Assembly (NCBI RefSeq): GCF_044704955.1
Contig: NW_027251843.1
Location: 310,001-374,000 of the forward strand
Direction of reading: 5' to 3'
Length of the DNA stretch: 64,000 nt
Origin: Pristiophorus japonicus
Lineage: Eukaryota
Shown in pieces: positions 62,430 through 64,000 of the stretch. Positions within the stretch are counted from its first letter, which is position 1; the number at the start of each line of letters is the position of its first letter. Position numbers and translations under genes: made by a program. The notes beneath the pieces are model-generated. The model was given only the letters and a program-made list of their open reading frames with translations, was not told the DNA's origin and did no database searches.

Positions 62430-62660
62430 GGTCCACTGTCCTAGCCGGTCCGAGCTGCTGTTATTCTGCCTGATTGGACAGTTATTATTAGATGCTCAGA
62501 CCACAGCAGAAATCCTCCATGGAAAAAATAACTGAAGAGACTGTCAGATCGGAAGAATGAAACTTCACCCACAGAGGAAGTGAAAGAGGGAGGTTGTCAC
62601 AGCTGTACGTTTGTTAACGACACGGGAGAAAACTGTGAACCGCGCTCACAGCCTAGAATC
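62430..62660. promoter_or_regulatory. Candidate B-cell enhancer, copy 2 (inverted)
   Basis: EICE GAGGAAGTGAAA 62574-62585, CAGCTG 62600-62605, ACCACA, TTATTATTAG, ATTGG. Confidence 0.5.
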
Positions 62661-62749
62661 TTACAGCACAGAAGGAGGCCATTCAGCCCATCGTGCCTGT
62701 GCCGGCTCTTTGAAAGAATTACCCAATTATTCCCACTCCTCCCCAGTTA

Positions 62750-64000
62750 AAGAACATAAGAAATAGGAGCAGGAGTAGGCCACAGGGCCCCTCGAGCCTG
62801 CTCCACTATTTAATACGATCATGGCCGATCCGATCATGGACTCAGGTTAATTCCCAGCCCGCTCCCCATAACCCCTTATTCCATTGAGTGTTAAGAAACT
62901 ATCTATCTCTGTCTTAAATATCTTCTCTGACCCAGCTTCCACAGCTCTCTCAGGCAGCGAATTCCACAGATTTGCAATCATCTGAGAGAAGAAATTCCTC
63001 CTCATCTCAGTGTCCTCTACTCTAAAGACTGATACAAAATATTTGTTCGGAGTTTCTGCCATCTCCATGTTTTCCATTATTAATTCCCTCGTTTTGTCCT
63101 CTCAGGGACCATCATTTACTTTAGCCACTCTTTTCCTTTTTATATACCTATAGAAACTCTTGCTATCTGTTTTTATATTTTGTGCTAGTTTACTTTCATA
63201 GTCTATCTTCCCTTTCTTAATCACTTTTTTAGTCATTCTTTGCTGGCTTTTAAAAGCTTCCCAATCTTCAGTCCTCCCACTAGTTTGGGACCCTTTGTAT
63301 GCCCTTGTTTTTAATTGGATACCGTCCTTTATTTCTTTAGTTAGCCACAGATGGCTATCTTTTCTTTTACACCATTTCCTCCTCACTGGAATATATTTTT
63401 CTTGAGAGTTGTGAAATATCTCCTTATATGTACGCCACTGTTCATCAGCCGTCCTATACTTTAATCTATTTTCCCAGTCCACTTTAGCCAACTCTGCCCT
63501 CATACCTTTGTAGTCTCCTTTATTTAAGCTTAGTACGCTGGTTAGAGATCCAACTTTCTCACTCCCCCACCCCATCTGAATTTGAAATTGAACCATGTTA
63601 TCATCACTCAGTCCAAGGGGATCCTTTACTAGGAGATTGTTTATTAATCCTGTCTCATTACACAGGACCAGATCTAAGATAGCCTGCCCCCTGTTTGGTT
63701 CCGTTACATACTGCTCAGGGAACCCATCTCTTATGCACTCTATGAACTCTTCCTCAAGACTACCCTGCCTGATTTGATTTATCCAATCAATGTGGAGGTT
63801 AAAATCACCCAGAATTATTGCTGTTCACTTTTTACAAGCCACCACTATTTCTTGCTTTATACTCCGACCAACAGAGTTGCTTCTGCTAGGGGGCCTATAG
63901 ACTACGCCCATCAGTGACTTTTTCCCTTTATTATTCCTTATCTCCATCCAAACTGTTTCAACATCCTGATCATTTGAGCCAATATCATTTCTCACTATTG
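62750..64000 (-). mobile_element. CR1 with internal deletion (3' end joined to endonuclease region)
   Basis: ORFs 62847..63077 and 63102..63596. Confidence 0.9.

Overview
Repeat-rich vertebrate DNA, almost certainly from a cartilaginous fish (shark-type Deu-domain SINEs, CR1/L2/RTE LINEs, cluster-type Ig locus). The only host gene is one unrearranged kappa-type Ig light-chain cluster on the minus strand: promoter, leader (46809-46857), V (46323-46621) with a 12-RSS, J (44791-44825) with a 23-RSS, and C (36562-36890). The V has lost Cys23, the J has lost its FGxG motif, and the J nonamer and promoter octamer are variant. The first 22.6 kb is a nest of LTR elements: three decayed copies of a retrovirus-like family resembling lokiretroviruses (coiled-coil gag, two RNase H domains, 17-nt tRNA-Arg PBS, long LTRs with 4-bp TSDs), two Mag-type Gypsy elements and several solo LTRs. 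The most novel signal is that family's env remnant: signal peptide, an apparent Ig-fold domain, a furin site RQKR, a fusion peptide and heptad repeats. A ~240-bp unique segment carrying PU.1/IRF (EICE), E-box, RUNX and MEF2 motifs occurs twice in inverted orientation upstream of the V gene and is a candidate B-cell enhancer. All calls were made by eye; no database searches were run, and TE boundaries without TSDs are approximate.
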